DNA of 7,633 nucleotides from a virus (Duplodnaviria; Heunggongvirae; Uroviricota; Caudoviricetes): IMG/VR virus record IMGVR_UViG_2711768003_000001; one strand, 5' to 3'. Shown piece by piece: positions 7,103 to 7,633 of this stretch (position 1 is its first letter; each line of letters starts with the position of its first letter). The notes under the pieces were generated by a model. It saw only the letters and a program-made list of their open reading frames with translations, ran no database searches and was not told where the DNA came from. The position numbers and the translations under genes were made by a program.

Positions 7103-7351
7103 NNNNNNNNNNNNNNNNNNNNNNNNNNNNNNNNNNNNNNNNNNNNNNNNNNNNNNNNNNNNNNNNNNNNNNNNNNNNNNNNNNNNNNNNNNNNNNNNNN
7201 NNNNNNNNNNNNNNNNNNNNNNNNNNNNNNNNNNNNNNNNNNNNNNNNNNNNNNNNNNNNNNNNNNNNNNNNNNNNNNNNNNNNNNNNNNNNNNNNNNNN
7301 NNNNNNNNNNNNNNNNNNNNNNNNNNNNNNNNNNNNNNNNNNNNNNNNNNN
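7103..7351. other. Run of 249 N: assembly gap or masked sequence
   Basis: Contiguous n characters. The X runs in the ORF track come from this gap; it hides the endolysin C-terminus and the Rz N-terminus. Confidence 0.99.
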
Positions 7352-7525
7352 TTTTCCAGTGTGCCCGTAACATACAGTCCATACGCCAACAATATCTTTG
7401 TATGGTATGTAACTGACACCTTCCAGACCATCGTTACCACCTGGGCCAGTGATTAACACAGATGCTATAGCAACAGCCCCGCCACCAATAGCAACTGCAA
7501 CAGCCTTGCGTAATGATGGCGACAT
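7352..7525 (-). CDS. SAR-type phage endolysin (T4-lysozyme-like, phage 21 R-like), N-terminal 58 codons; remainder lost in the N-gap
   Basis: ATG at 7525..7523 with GAGGTG upstream. [58 protein letters not shown] closely matches the recalled N-terminus of phage 21 endolysin: a Gly/Ala-rich signal-anchor-release segment followed by the catalytic E...D...T region. Confidence 0.85.
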
Positions 7526-7579
7526 TATTCACCTCTCGCAGCCTTACTAGACTGGCCCCCTGAATCTCCAGACAACCAG

Positions 7580-7599
7580 TATCACTTAAATAAGTGATA
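7580..7599. repeat. Perfect inverted repeat TATCACTTA-aa-TAAGTGATA (9-bp arms, 2-bp spacer); operator-like candidate protein-binding site
   Basis: Read directly from the sequence, 24 to 43 bp upstream of the endolysin SD on the minus strand. Half-sites begin TATCAC, as lambda-type operator half-sites do. Flanked by ACTAGT at 7608-7613 and 7620-7625. Confidence 0.4.
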
Positions 7600-7633
7600 G
7601 TCTTAATACTAGTTTTTAGACTAGTCATTGGAG

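Noticed and set aside
6847-7525. ORF-track proteins containing long X runs (197, 163, 181 and 142 aa)
   Set aside because: Their continuity across 7103-7351 is an artefact of translating N; only the flanking real-sequence parts were used.
7580-7599. Palindrome considered as a LexA box, Fur box or intrinsic terminator
   Set aside because: It does not fit CTGT-N8-ACAG or the Fur consensus, and is not GC-rich or followed by a T-run; kept only as a generic operator-like inverted repeat.
7434-7628. Minus-strand 64-aa ORF upstream of the endolysin, considered as a possible holin
   Set aside because: It has no transmembrane-like hydrophobic segment, overlaps the first 30 codons of the endolysin in another frame, and is Cys/Trp-rich.
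1-7633. CRISPR arrays, tRNA or rRNA genes
   Set aside because: No regularly spaced direct repeats and no cloverleaf-compatible or rRNA-like segments were seen; the window is almost fully occupied by protein-coding phage genes.

Overview
This window reads as the late (lysis and head-morphogenesis) region of a tailed-phage prophage in an enterobacterial host, almost all encoded on the minus strand, and it looks defective. Reading from 7633 down to 1 on the minus strand: an operator-like palindrome, a SAR-type endolysin (N-terminal part only, then a 249-N gap), the C-terminal part of an Rz spanin with an embedded Rz1 lipoprotein gene, then the terminase small and large subunits, a portal gene broken by two in-frame TAG codons, a Mu-F/SPP1-gp7-like head morphogenesis gene, a protease/scaffold-like gene and a 168-aa head structural gene. 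The last 83 bp at the window start match the terminus of insertion sequence IS1, which abuts what looks like the start codon of the next head gene. The only plus-strand gene is an AT-rich DedA/YqaA-family membrane protein sitting between the lysis cassette and the terminase genes, the position lambda uses for its bor moron; this is the most interesting candidate. All family assignments are from reading the translations and recalled motifs, not from database searches. No tRNA, rRNA or CRISPR array was seen.
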